The position numbers were made by a program, and so were the translations under genes. The notes under the pieces were generated by a model. It had not been told where the DNA came from, did not search any database, and saw only the letters and a list, made by a program, of their open reading frames with translations. Shown piece after piece: positions 49,215 through 62,637 of a DNA stretch of 64,000 nt. Source of the DNA: Nemertoderma westbladi (lineage: Eukaryota; Animalia; Xenacoelomorpha); the NCBI GenBank assembly GCA_032718475.1, contig JAUCBJ010008487.1, forward strand, positions 38,661 to 102,660, in the 5' to 3' direction. Numbering within the stretch: the stretch's first letter is position 1; each line of letters starts with the position of its first letter.

Positions 49215-52200
49215 TCAGGGAAACCCGTAGTATTGCGGAGGGTGGCGCTCTCTACGAGGATAGGTGTTGGGTGGGTCAGATGGAGCAGCAATGTGCAATG
49301 GCTGCTCAGGGATGCTCAGGTCTAACTGTGGGGTGGACTCTAGGGCTGGTTGGAACGCCACAGGGGGTGCCACGCCGGGTGTAGCATGAGCGTGGAGTGT
49401 GGAACACTCATCAGCCTCGGAATCAGAATCCTCAGTGTAGGACGTGGATGGCGGTTGGAGACGAGGTACAAGGAAACAATCGGCTTGGCGGACGCGGTAT
49501 GCGTGAGTGCGGAGCTGGCTGCTCGCGAATTTACGAACGGAACACCACGTGTCATCGATAGCGCTGACGATATATCGTGGGCGAGCGCCGGCACGGGGGG
49601 AATCGGCATATAAATGGACGAGGTCACCCACCTTGAGGGAGGTAAATCCTGGGAGTACCATAGGGTGGGGGGTCTTAGAGCGGGCGCTGGAGGTGTGGTT
49701 GGCCAGGCGTCGCTCATGTTGGGAGGCTATGAGCTCGGTATCGACGAGGGGAATCTGTTCGCCCGTGTATTGGTCCCGCTGGAATAAAATCTCGCGGGCG
49801 GATAGGCCAGGGGAGCGTAGACGAGAGTTAAGGTTTGCAACAGCGATTGCGAGAGATGTGGATGAGAATGGGCCGATAGTGGGACGGAGTCGGAGGAGCT
49901 CGGTGAGTAGTTCGCCGATAGCGTGTTCGGCGACTGGGTTTTTGTTGACATTCTTGCGGGATCCGATCTCAAGGAGGAGGTGGTAGGATAGGAGGATTGG
50001 GTCGTTGGCGAGGGCTGGAACCCTGGGGCTGGGTCGGTGCGGATGATAGCCGGGGGGCCACTAAGGGGGCACATGCCAAAGGCAAGAGTGATTAAGGCAT
50101 CACGTAGGGTATCGCTCTGTTCATCCGGAAGTATAACGGCATTTGAGTACAACGATACCGTTTCCCGTAACAGGAGGATACGTTGGGAATGGTGGCGCAG
50201 GACGTCGGCAGCGAATGATAGGCCGACGATGGGGGCGGATCAATGGATGACGGGGGTACGGTACGCTTGGGGGCAGTTGAGAGGGCGACGCACTGGTGAT
50301 ATTGCACGGTAATCTCATTGAGAGCGCGGTCGAGGTCCAGGGCGTAGAAATATCGGGAAAAGGTGGTGCGCAGCTGGGAACGCGAAGGGTGTTGGAGCTC
50401 GATGTGTAGTCAGGTTAGTAAGCCAATAAGAGCAGAGCGGGGAACGATGATGATGTCATAGGGAGACGTGAAGGGACGCTGTCGGTGGACTACGACAAGG
50501 CCAGAGGATAACAGAGAACATATACCCAGGTAACGCTTGACACCATGGCTATGTGTATCGCGTCTGGAGGGACGGGTGCCGGATGCGAGGTTTTCGGCGA
50601 CACGGATTAGGTCGGGGCACTCGCGTTGTGTGGCGAGCCACGCAGAACGACTAGCATAAAGGGGGCGGGGATTTGGGCTATCAGAAGCAATAAAGCAATT
50701 CGGGAGGGGGGTAGTGACAGTGTTAATGGGGGACATTGGGGAATGGTTGTCGTGTCGTAAGGAAGGGGGGGTGTTTGACTTTGCAACGAGACGGACAATA
50801 GGCGACTCCATAGCGGAGGCGACAAACACGCACACCTGGCATGACTGTAGAGAGCACGGCGGAACGTTGCGGCTTTGGAAGTCTGCAGGGAGGTTGGTAG
50901 AACCCTTGATGTGGGATACTGTGACACGGGACTGGCTGGCGCTGACGAGGAACATCGATAAACGTGGGCTAGTCGAATATGCGCCGCAGGACAACTTTTT
51001 GAATGCTTCAACACAGGGTTTACTGTCCGTGAGAACGTGTGGTTGGCGTGAAGAGGCGATAAGATATGGGAGGAAATGTTGAATGGCGGCCGCTATAGCG
51101 AGTGCTTCCAACTCACAAGGAAGCCATGTATGTTGGTGGGCCTTGAGCTTGCAGGAATAAAACCCGGCGAGGAGTAATTCCTTGGAACGTTTCGCGTAGA
51201 GGACTGCACCTAGACCATCGACGGACGAGGGATCGTTACTGACCTGCAGGATTGTAGGGCAGCTTGGGATCGTCGAAATGTAGACTCGAGATCGGGAGTC
51301 CAAGCGACAGGATCGCCGGCCTTGGGGGTAAGGAGGGCCTCGAGCGGAGAGATAAGGGCAGAACACCGGTGGAGTACGAGGGAGAGAACCTTGTAGGAAC
51401 CGAGGAACGACCGTAGGTCGCGGACGGTGGATGGTGTAGGACAGTGGGATAAGGCGGCTGTGATATGTTGGGAAGCAGATAAGGAACCGCTAGACCATAC
51501 CCAACCAAGGATGGTGGTAGACTGGGGGCAAATGATGGTTTTCTTTGGGGACAAGCGCAATCCGGCAAGGTGTAGGGCGCGGATGAGGGCTGCAAAATTG
51601 AGGAGGAGTTCGGGGATGGTATCGCCACCGCAGTAGATATCATCGGCGAGTTTGATGACGGATCCCTGGACAAGAAGATCGCCGAGGACGCGAGACATCA
51701 ACTCTTTGAGAGCCGTTTTGCTGCCGGGCATGCCCATGGCACAGCAGCGGTAGACACGGACACCACGAAATGGTGTGGATAAGTGTTAATGGAGTTGCGA
51801 TGGAGTGGGATCTGATAAAAGGCGCTCGTGAGGTCTGCCTTAACGAGGAACTTGAACCGACCCAGGGCTCGAATGGAGGATTCGACATCTGGAAGGAGTG
51901 CGGGTTGGGGCTTACAATACGGGGCGATCTCTGTGAATGCCATAATGAGCCGAGTTCCTCCATTGGGTTTAGTGACAAGGAAGCTTGGGTTCAAGTACTC
52001 TATGGTGACACCGGCTAGTTCTGGGTGAATGAAGATGCCAAGACGCTCGAGAGAGTCAAACTTCTCCTGTAGTTCAACGAGTAGATCACGGGAGTATTGC
52101 GGTACACGACCCTTACATTGAGGTGGCAATGTAGGGGTCACGTTGACGACAGCTTCGAATGGGCCGGCAGACCCATTGTATCCCGGGGTACGTGGGATCA

Positions 52201-54080
52201 AAGACGTCAGAAAACTCCTCGAGTAGATCGTGGAAGGCAACATGCTCACGGTAAGAGAGGATGCCCTATGGGTCGATCTGGACTGCCTTTATAGGTGGAG
52301 GGTCATGGGAGACAATGGAAGCAGAGCAGATTTCGGGACAGGGTAAAGACTGTTCAAGTTGCTTCATGGGGGTAGCTGCAGTGGGTAGGGCGGAGCAGAC
52401 ATGGGAGTTCCGTTGAATGAAGATGGGGTAGGGAGCAGAGTTTGGAATGGTAATGGAACTGGCTGCGGGTTGGAGCTGCATAGGGGGGAACCAAGGCTTG
52501 GGGGGAGTTACGTGCGACCGTTGGTTAATCACATGGGGTGTCACAAGGAGAGAGTCGGAATCAGAGAGATGGGCTGGAAGTTGTAATGTGAGAGCGTTGC
52601 CAGGGAGAAGAATGGACGATCGTATGGGGGCGCGCAGAATCTGGGTCATCGTCCGACGGATAGCGGATCGGGGATAACCTGCCAGGGGGTACAGGATGGA
52701 ACTGCCATCCGCGAAGGTAATCAGCGACTGGGCAGGACGGATACCAATATCATTGGTGGATAGGAACGGAACGCCAGCGAGTAGTGGAACGTTGAGGATG
52801 TCAACAACGAGCCCACGGAAGCTAAACTGGAGGTCGTTATGGGTGAGGGAGAAGGAACTCTCCCCAACTACACTAGAAACAGGGGAACCGTTGGCCCCAA
52901 TCAGGATCTGGCGGGAGCCACTCGAGATCGGAACGCCGAGTCGGAGTGCGGCATCATGTGAAATGAGGTCGGATTCAGCGCCGCAATCGATGAGAACCGG
53001 GATGGGTTTACCTTTATAACGCGCTGTAAAGGTGGGACTCGGGCGTACAGCGATGATATTAACCGTCGGATCGGGAGGTGGACTGGCGACGGAGTCGTTA
53101 TCGTTATCCGGTTGTTCATAGAAAGCGTCATTGTCATTGTCGCCATCGACGTAGACGAGATGGGCACGTGAGATAAAGCGCTTGTCAGCAGGGGGAAGGA
53201 ATGGGCATGCACTGAGAAAGTGGTTGGTGGGAGTGCGTTTAGTCTGGGAGCAGAGGGGACACCGGCAAATGGAACGGGAAAGTCCGCGGCCAGTGGAACT
53301 CGGACCGAGACCTGAGGATGTAGGTGGGGTCCTACGCGTCTGGGCACGGAAGGTATGCACTTCCGCGGCAGTGTGGAGCTCATCGAGAAGAGAAGACAGA
53401 GCCTGGGAGATCTCGGGTTTGATACTGGCCAGCGTACGGGACTGGAGCTCCATGCCATACCGTTGTTGAACTAATCGAGGGAGGTCCGGGTGGATAAGGC
53501 GGAGCCATATGAGTACAACGAAGTTCTCGAGAGAGGGGGACAGCTCCTCGTCGTCATCGGGGAGAATCCCGTGGTGGGAAATTCCACTGTTCCGTCGGAG
53601 TAAATTATCGTCCACGAAAGCCGATAAACGCTGGAAGAGGTCTTTGGGGCGCTCCTCGTGAAGGAGAGAGATGTCGGAGAAGGAGAGGAAATGAGCTTCA
53701 GTCGCTTGGAAGCCGTAATGCAGGCGTATGGCCTGCCATATGGAGGGCAAGGAAGTGGAGTCTCGAATGATCGAGTTACGCGCGATAACGGGGGCGTAAT
53801 TGGCGATCTGACCGAGCATAAGTTCTAGAGCCGTGGTTTTTGAAGGGCAGTACGGCGCTCGGCTGGGGCCACAGTGTCCGGGTCGTCGGCAAAACCGAGG
53901 AAGGGTATAGCGCGGGTGTGGCGCAACCAGGTTGTGCCCAGGACCGTAAACTGCGCAAATTGAGGTTGGAGCGCAAGCGAATAAGTTATGTTGTGGCGCC
54001 AAACCTCAAAGGAGTTGATCGTCTCAGATTTATTGAGTGGAGCCAGCTTGGGGGGCTTCAGTGAGCCATTAAACGCCATG
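49215..54080 (-). pseudogene. Gypsy gag-pol (gag, zinc finger, protease, RT, RNase H, integrase), many frameshifts
   Basis: CPLC...HFLSAC, LIDCGAE, ADLTSAFYQIPL, KLADD, WLPCELEA, LTDSKP, IRTDPAPGF, NKNPVAE. Confidence 0.9.
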
Positions 54081-57000
54081 ATACCGGTAAGTAGGTAGCG
54101 TAAGTCTGTAACGTAAGGAGGGCTGAGTGGATGGATCTGTTGTTGTAGTAGATGGTGAGGAGTGGGAAACGACGCACATGGTGACACCACGCCAGAAGTG
54201 GAGCAATAGCGTAAGGAACAATGTGGTGAGTGAAGCGGGTTGACTATATTGACCAATTACACGAATTAGTATAGATTATATATATATATATATTGCAATA
54301 ACAGTACGCAGATGTAACAACAACAGATCGGTAATCGGTACGCAACACGCTGTGCTGTACCGGTACTACACAGACAGACCTATACTTCTATCTTGTAGTT
54401 GGCAGTGCCGTCAGTACCAGGGAAGGCAGATAGACGGGCAGGACCTAAACCGGCTGGCGCATAGTAAATGTGAATAAAGCCCAAAACTTTTTAAAAAATT
54501 TCTCAAATTCTCACTTATTTTATATTAAATTAAATTGACTTCAAATTTACCTAATAAATTATGTTTACTTCCTTGGGGCATATCACACAGGTTAGAGGTA
54601 ATAGTGACGAGCAGATATTATTTATTGATACAAATTGTGTTCTACAGTTTAGGAAGTTAAGTTATTAGTTTAAGAGGATACCACGGTTACCATATACGCA
54701 TTCAATTTGTTAAGTAGGATTGAGTGATATCATCAAATTCTTTACTTAAACCTATATAGAGAGTACAGGCTTATTTATAGATTTGGTAAAGATATTTTTG
54801 TAAGATTTTAACAACGGAGTGAAGAGCATGAGTAGTTGTCGATTTACGGCGATATTCGTATTGACATTTTTAGATAAGATCTTATATTTCGACGTTTTTA
54901 AAGTATTGTTTTTCAAGATCTTTTCATTGAAAGAGTCAATTTATAATTAATCTGGTATTGTAGGCGAAGTATTGTAAGGACCATGAATTGGACGATCCAT
55001 GTATATCGTCAAACGTATATTTAGTAAAATTTTTAGTTAATTTCTTTACTCGAATTAATTTTAATTATCTGGAATTATATATTAATCAATGGCCCAATGC
55101 ATACTTAACTGGTGCGAGCCATGCACAAAAATATCCTATGGTTGGTCAATTGTCTATTTGACATTTATTATGTATTAAATTTGGTTATTCAGAGTGAAAT
55201 CATAAACTGAGTGCTGTGATACAATAGTGCTGAGTGCCCTAACGTAATAAGAATATTCCCGCAGTTCTAGAAAATACTGTATAGAGTAGATAAATATTAT
55301 TTAAGTTTTAACTTTCAGTTTGTAATAAATTTCCAAGTCAATTGCGTCCACTGGCACGCTGACCCCTCACCCCCCCCCCCCCCCCCCCCGCACCTTTCCT
55401 GTCTGCCCAACTGACGGCAAATGATTCAGATTGGCAAGATCCAAAATTTTCCAGTTTTAAGTATCTTTTTTTCTGAACAATGTCAATGACTTGTCTTACG
55501 ATACTGTATGCGCGCTCACGTACGTTTATATTAGCGCGCTCCCAACTCACCCGGCCCATCTCACTTTAATCGCGTTTATCTTGCGCCGTAATCGCTTTAA
55601 TGGCCCGGTAATAATTCCACGAAGTAACTGCCACTAGCAGCGCGTTGGGTTGGAGTTGGAAGCAAATCTGAGGAGGCAGCCTCGTACTAATCAGTTTCAT
55701 TTCCGAGGTTTGGCCGCGTTAGTAAGTATTGCGGGATCTTTCTCTCTCCCTCTGACTGGTATATTGTGTGATCTAGGGTTCAGTCGCGGGTAGGTAGATA
55801 ATACCTGTCACCTATGGCGTTACTATTGTTAGGATTACTCAGGCCGGAATCAGTTCAACCCATAGTTTCATATTCCTAATTATGTTCTAAAGAGCGGAGC
55901 CTGAATGTGACCACATCAATCATCTTTGCCTGGGAATTGTTATATTTTTACTTACTTGTCATCTGTCATGCTTTGAATAGTAAAAGCCTTACCAAATGTT
56001 TGAATAAGTGAATCTGTAGCGTGTTATAGTGTTGGGTGACCAATATATTATCACACCCAAAATCCAAATGAACTTTGTCAGTGGAAGTGATTGTGATTGT
56101 CGAGATTCGATTTAGTTATAGCGAGCACAGCGACTAACTGACCCGCGATACCTGAACTGTCCCAATTGTAGCGTGAGACGGCCTGTTTACTATACGTGGA
56201 GTCGCATTGAGTCTCATGGAACAACAACTAACATACGTACCGATACTAGTAGCAGTACTGTACTCCTACTGCAGTGTATCTACTGCCAGAATGGATGAAG
56301 ATTGTGAAACCATATAATGTCTGTACTGGCCTTGGACTACATTCATGCTGCATTGATACATTATGATCACCTCAAAATCTCAGAATAAAGATATATTAAC
56401 AACGAACGTCGCCAATTAAACCAGCGAAATTGAGCGGACAAATTCGGAAACATACTTAACGTCACTCGATTGTTACGTATTCTATATGTAAGGGCGGAAA
56501 CTAAGCGTGGTTAGTAGTTACAGTGGTATGCGTATCCATTCGGGTAATTCCTACGAACTAGCTGTTTATCACGCAGTCATTTCCTGTCTCAAATAACATT
56601 TCCCCTATTATAGCTTCGACGTATATTCGAGTACCGCCGTGGTTCCGTTTGTTCTAGGGGTTTTAGCGCTGGGAATGTCTCGCTAATCCATCTGCTTGGG
56701 GCATCGTTAATGAAATTCCGGTGCAAACCTTCTCTCTGGACTTCTTAAACTCCGGGACCGAGTGACCTTGCTTGCCCCCCCCCCCCCCCCCCCCCCTTAA
56801 CCTTGTTCTGCACAGATTGACCCAACCCCACGGGAAGCCACATTCAACCTTGTATAATTCCAATATGCAAAACCTATCGAGTGTCGACCCTGGAGTGGAT
56901 TAATCCCGTTATTATCTTGCTTTGCTAATAACATCGGAGTTACAATTGAATTCAAATAAATATATTGCTTTTTTCTCTGCCAAATTTGTTCACCTTGTTT

Positions 57001-58582
57001 AATCTGCTCCATGTGGCAAAATATTAACAACCTGGAGATCTGGTTGATATAATAGGCTTTTGTTCACATCAACACAATTCATTTAATTAACATCACACGG
57101 CAGCACAGCAATACTGTAGCTCAATATTTATTTATTTGTATTTCGCTCCTGTTTTCTAGCTTACTTGAGGGTGAGGGTGGTAGATCCGCTGTTAGGGATA
57201 TGATATGCATAACCTGTTCGATAGAACTGGACTACATACGTGAGGAAGTGTCAGAACTGAATGACTGGCTGAACTGGTTAGCGTTACTGAAGAGTTCAAA
57301 ACTCTACCGTATATCGCTGGTTCAACCCCCGTCACGTCCATCGACATTTTTTCCACTTCCGACCCAAATCCTATTTATACATATAATATATTTATTACAG
57401 TTATATTATCGGCTCAACTCTAATTCATTTAACTTTATATTTTGATTTCCAATAAGGCCATCGAATGAAAAGCAATAGTGTTAAATAAATTGATTTTGAA
57501 GATGATTATTATAAAAGGTATAGCTGGGAGTTGAACTATTTTCCGGTACTATTACTTGTAGGTGCACAGTAAACTACCATGACTGGTAATTCCGTACCGG
57601 AAATTGCGGTTTCTTATGTGTCTTTCTTACCTGCGTTCTCCCTCGTGGAGACGTCACATATTCTGTATTCCTTTCTGGGCGATGAGAAGTCGACGTCTAC
57701 TTCGATTTATGCATTATGGCTAAATTTTATCGAAAACTCAGTCGACTCTGAAACTAGCTCTGTGTGACGTCGTTTGTGATTCCTGGAACAAGCGTGCAAC
57801 GATTAATGCGACCTCGGTGCCCCTGTCTCTATAAATACTCACCCCCATTAAGGCGACGCCCTTCCTCTAAGGAGGCGGCCTAGCCAGGCGAACCATTGAT
57901 TTTATTCTCCCTTCTAGGGTTTTATCTTCACGTTTCGATGTGGAAAGCATGGGCTAAAGCGACAAGCAGCCACGCGCATTACCCATCCCAGTTATATGCC
58001 AACGCGCTCCGGTCACGCTAATCATATACATAGGAATGCGCACATGGGCCCTGGATTGACGAGTTGTTGTTTCTTGCCATTCTTTGCTTTGTGTTATTTG
58101 TTGGCTACTTCAATCAGTGGAATCTCGTTACTTGTTAGTTCAAATGGTTCTTCGTTCAACACTTTATATGAGGCTCTTTTCTTGCTGCAAATGCAGTTGC
58201 TATGTTCCCATGTCCTCGACCTTAATTGCACCTTGTTCAAAATACACAACTGGGGAACTATGATGATAAGAAGAACCTACAACAGTCATAAGATTCTATA
58301 GAACACACGATCTATATCATTTGCTAATCAATAATAATATCATTATTCGCATTACCCGCCTCTCCTCGCCCCGCCCATGTTATGTACGTAGCTCATTTTG
58401 CTCACATTTATAAAACTGGAGTAAGTATTTTTATATCGTATTTTTTTTTCTCTACAACACGCTCTGGATTTTTTACATTTCGTCCTCGCAGTCAGAAGTT
58501 ACAGAAAATTTTAGTGTTTGCAGGTTTTATGCCGGTAGCATCTGCTAGTTGATGTTAGCAAAAACTAATATTTTAATATATA

Positions 58583-59403
58583 CCGGGTGTGTGTTCCATA
58601 ATGATTGCCCCCCCCCCCCCCCCCCCGGCCAGGCCAGCCAAAAATGCCAGACATGTACTTTAGTGTAATATATCATTCGAAAGATAATTTAATTCTGAGC
58701 TTACATGCAAAATTTAGGGTTCAATACAAAAGTATAAAAATTTTATGGGCAATTCTTTAAACCTATCTTTCTTTTCAATATTTGTGATTTAATCACAATT
58801 AAAAAAAAATATAATTTATCCATCGTTAGTCATCAGATTTGCAACCCTGTTTAAACAGTTATTACTGCCTGACTTTCGCTGTATTGCAATATATTACTGT
58901 ATTCAGTTACCGGTATTAGTGTTTCTTTGGTAATTTTACTGAATTAGGCCTAACAGAAGTAATTAAAATGAGTTCCAGTGCAATCTTCGATGACTGTGAA
59001 GAAAAACGTATGGGTGACAGAATCAGAGATATTACTTTTAGAGAGGGTTGTGATTCTGTGACATAATCAAACTGAACTCAAACCAAAACGGCCCTTTTCA
59101 GGGCCAAGATTCTTTGCCATTATCGAGGAGCTCCCCGTGCTGTAAAGGGGAAGCATGGCTGTAAAGCTGATGACTAACGCTGGATAAATTATATTTTTTT
59201 AATTGTGATTAAATTAAAAATAACGAAAATTAAGATCGGTTTAAAGAATAGCCTATAAAATTTTTATACTTTTGTATTGAACCCTAAATTTTGCATGTAA
59301 GCTCAGAATTAAATTATCTTTCGAATGATATATTACACTAAGGTACATGTTTGACAGTTTTGGCTGGCCAGGGGGGGGGGGGCAATCATTATGGAACACC
59401 CGG
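58583..59403. mobile_element. Tc1/mariner-type MITE with about 250-bp TIRs
   Basis: TA-CCGGGTG...CACCCGG-TA; inverted homology between 58583-58845 and 59163-59403. Confidence 0.9.
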
Positions 59404-60209
59404 TATATTAATAACAGCATGATTTTTGCTGAAGGTTTTGTTTTTGAAGGTAAAAAGTACATTATTTCCAAGGTGTACTAAGGTTATTTAGTACACCTTG
59501 ATTATTTCGCAGCAACAGCTGCAATGTGGTATACTTTATCGTTTTGTTTATAAAATCATGCCCTGTAACAGCTCCCTTCACTAAATTTCCCATGATATTA
59601 TGTTTAATGTTTCATGGTGAGAAAGGCACGTGTCTATAACATGCTCATTTCCTTATGGGGAGGGGGTTGGATAGTTCTGCAGTGTTCAAACTTGAGAGTG
59701 AGTGTGTCGACCTTACCTCTCTTAAAGGTATAAAGCCATGATAGAGGAGCCTCCAGCAAGTGTTTAATATTACGCGATCACTGATAGCTTTACTTTACAG
59801 TTCCACAGCTACACTCATAAGGACGAAAGTAATGCCTCTTCTACCGGGTTTTATATTGTAAACTTTCATTCAAAGTTCGTTTTCTTTATGTCTCTGTAAT
59901 ATATATACAAATATAATCCGTGGTACTTATATAGGGTTTTGTGAGAGATTTCCAGTTAATTAACCTGGCTTCGTATAACTACACTGAAAAAACACAACCC
60001 GGGTTATTTAAAAAAAAACTGCCGGTTTACGCAAAAAACCCCGGGTAAATCTGCAACCAAATTCATCGGGGGTTTTTTGCGAAACCGGCAGTTTTATTTC
60101 TAAGAAAACTGGGGGTTTAATTTTCAGTTCAACTGGCGGTTTTATTTATGAAAAAAAACGGTGGTAATTTGGATAAATAATCGTCAATTGCCGAAGCTTC
60201 AATTAATTT

Positions 60210-61229
60210 AAACCTCTGGTTATAGAACAAAAACCCATAGTTTATATTATTAAACCTTTGGTTAATCAATAAAAACCCACAATTTAATAGTATTAAACCT
60301 TTGGTTAATCATTAAAAACCCCTAGTTTAATAGTATTAAACCTTTGGTTAATCAATAAAAACCCACAGTTTAATAGTATTAAACCTTTGGTTAATCAATA
60401 AAAACCCACAGTTTAATAGTATTAAACCTTTGGTTAATCATTAAAAACCCATAGTTTAATAGTATTAAACCTTTGGTTAATCATTAAAAACCCGCAGTTT
60501 AATAGTATTAAACCTTTGGTTAATCATGAAAAACCCGCAGTTTAATAGTATTAAACCTTTGGTTAATCATTAAAAACCCATAGTTTAATAGTATTAAACC
60601 TTTGGTTAATCAATAAAAACCCACAGTTTAATAGTATTAAACCTTTGGTTAATCATTAAAAACCCATAGTTTAATAGTATTAAACCTTTGGTTAATCATT
60701 AAAAACCCGCAGTTTAATAGTATTAAACCTTTGGTTAATCATCAAAAACCCGCAGTTTAATAGTATTAAACCTTTGGTTAATCATTAAAAACCCATAGTT
60801 TAGTAGTATTAAACCTTTGGTTAATCATTAAAAACCCCTAGTTTAATAATATTAAACCTTTGGTTAATCATTAAAAACCCATAGTTTAATAGTATTAAAC
60901 CTTTGGTTAATCATTAAAAACCCATAGTTTAATAGTATTAAACCTTTGGTTAATCATTAAAAACCCATAGTTTAATAGTATTAAACCTTTGGTTAATCAA
61001 TAAAAACCCACAGTTTAATAGTATTAAACCTTTGGTTAATCATTAAAAACCCATAGTTTAATAGTATTAAACCTTTGGTTAATCATTAAAAACCCGCAGT
61101 TTAATAGTATTAAACCTTTGGTTAATCATTAAAAACCCATAGTTTAGTAGTATTAAACCTTTGGTTAATCATTAAAAACCCCTAGTTTAATAGTATTAAA
61201 CCTTTGGTTAATCATTAAAAACCCATAGA
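60210..61229. repeat. 43-bp satellite, about 24 copies
   Basis: Unit AAACCTTTGGTTAATCATTAAAAACCCATAGTTTAATAGTATT. Confidence 0.95.
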
Positions 61230-61484
61230 TATTAAACACACAGATATTACCCACAGATATTAAAATCTCCTTAAGAAATATATTTCACAGTCGGACCTAC
61301 GATTACATAAAATTGTATTTCCATAATGTTGCAAAAATCTGCTTGTTTGGCCGATAAAAAGTACCGATTAAAATAGGTTTAGTTTAGGAAGTAAAAGTTC
61401 CATAAGTAAAACAATAGTAAAACTTCGGCACAAGTCTCCAAATATTCCCTACATACACTAAATCACATCTGCACATTGAATGTA

Positions 61485-61720
61485 AGCACCTCCGTATCTG
61501 TCCCTATCCTTACGTAAAACTACGTAATTAACAAATAAAATTTCTCCCTCAGAAACGCTATCATCGAACCAAGATTCAGAGATTGTTAAAACTGCTGGGT
61601 TGGACTTTTTGATTAAAATTCGAATTTCGGAAAGTTTGGGAAGCAGAGATCGTGCGTTTAAATGCAAAAAATGCAAACCGTTTTTCTTAAAGAATTGAAA
61701 AGTTTCACTCTCAGCATCAC
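61485..61720 (-). pseudogene. LINE APE endonuclease N-terminal fragment (CR1/L2 group)
   Basis: GLHFLHLNARSLLPK, ISESWFD, RKDRDRYGG. Confidence 0.85.
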
Positions 61721-62637
61721 TTGGAGTTTGCAGAGGCAATGTGAGGAATGAATCGTTGGTTTCAGTGATGAAAAGGAAGTTGGGTAAAAATACAGCTATT
61801 GCAGAGAAAACTTGGCTCAAGATCTGAAGATTGCTTCTGGTGGAGAATAAGTTGGTACTGATTTTCCTAAGATAACATTTTAATTTAAATGTACCGGTAC
61901 GAATGTGTCACAACTCTCGCATTGGACGATCTTACTCCGAGAGTTTGTTCCTCGTTGACAGACAGGACAGTTTATCTTCGGCGCCCGCGTCCGACTGAGT
62001 CCTGGGTTGGTCTCACTCTCAATATCCCCAGCGAGAAAGAAGACAGAGTTTGACGATTAGGCCTCTAGCAGTCTAGCACTAGCAGTCTAGTTCTGGGAGA
62101 AGAGTCCAGACATCGTCTTCCTCGAAGAGAACAGTAGCAGTAGGCCTATGGTAGAGGCTGAATCCGCTCGTCGACCACATCTCCGTCGATTCTTCACAGC
62201 AGCTGGAACGGTAGAGACAGGGTATTCCGCAAACCAGCTGACCAGTCCAATACGGGTATCGGGTCCGGGTGGATTGCCGGGCAGCAGGGCAGGGTTACCA
62301 GGTTACCCCGCAGTTCAGACAGTCCGCAGGTTCTGCCACCACGAAACGGCCCAGTCAGCCAGTATGATGAAAATCCTGGAGATTAGATGCAGCGACATTA
62401 TTCTGTAGTCTGACGCAAGAGACAAAAACTGTATATGGTATAGGCCTAGTACCGGTATCTCGATAGCTTATATCACTGTATAAGCAACATAGGCCTGTAG
62501 GCCTACCTTCCTACAGCAGTACAGATAGACATTATTGTGAATAGAGTCACATCACATGATACCAGGATTTAGCGCGTCGTTTAAATTTTGCGCCAAATGT
62601 GTTTTGAGGTTGGACTTTTGGTATCATCTGCTGTGAC

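Larger units (their letters stand above)
48342..54461 (-). mobile_element. Gypsy LTR retrotransposon, full-length but degenerate
   Basis: LTRs 48342-48606 and 54190-54461 (about 7 substitutions plus a TA microsatellite difference); PBS-like TGGTGTCA; PPT AAAAAGACGAAAGAAA. Confidence 0.9.

Noticed and set aside
54462-54476. Gypsy flank TAGTAAATGTGAAT resembles the 3' end of the tRNA-like module at 2615
   Set aside because: A 12/14 match in AT-rich DNA with no A or B box nearby; likely chance.
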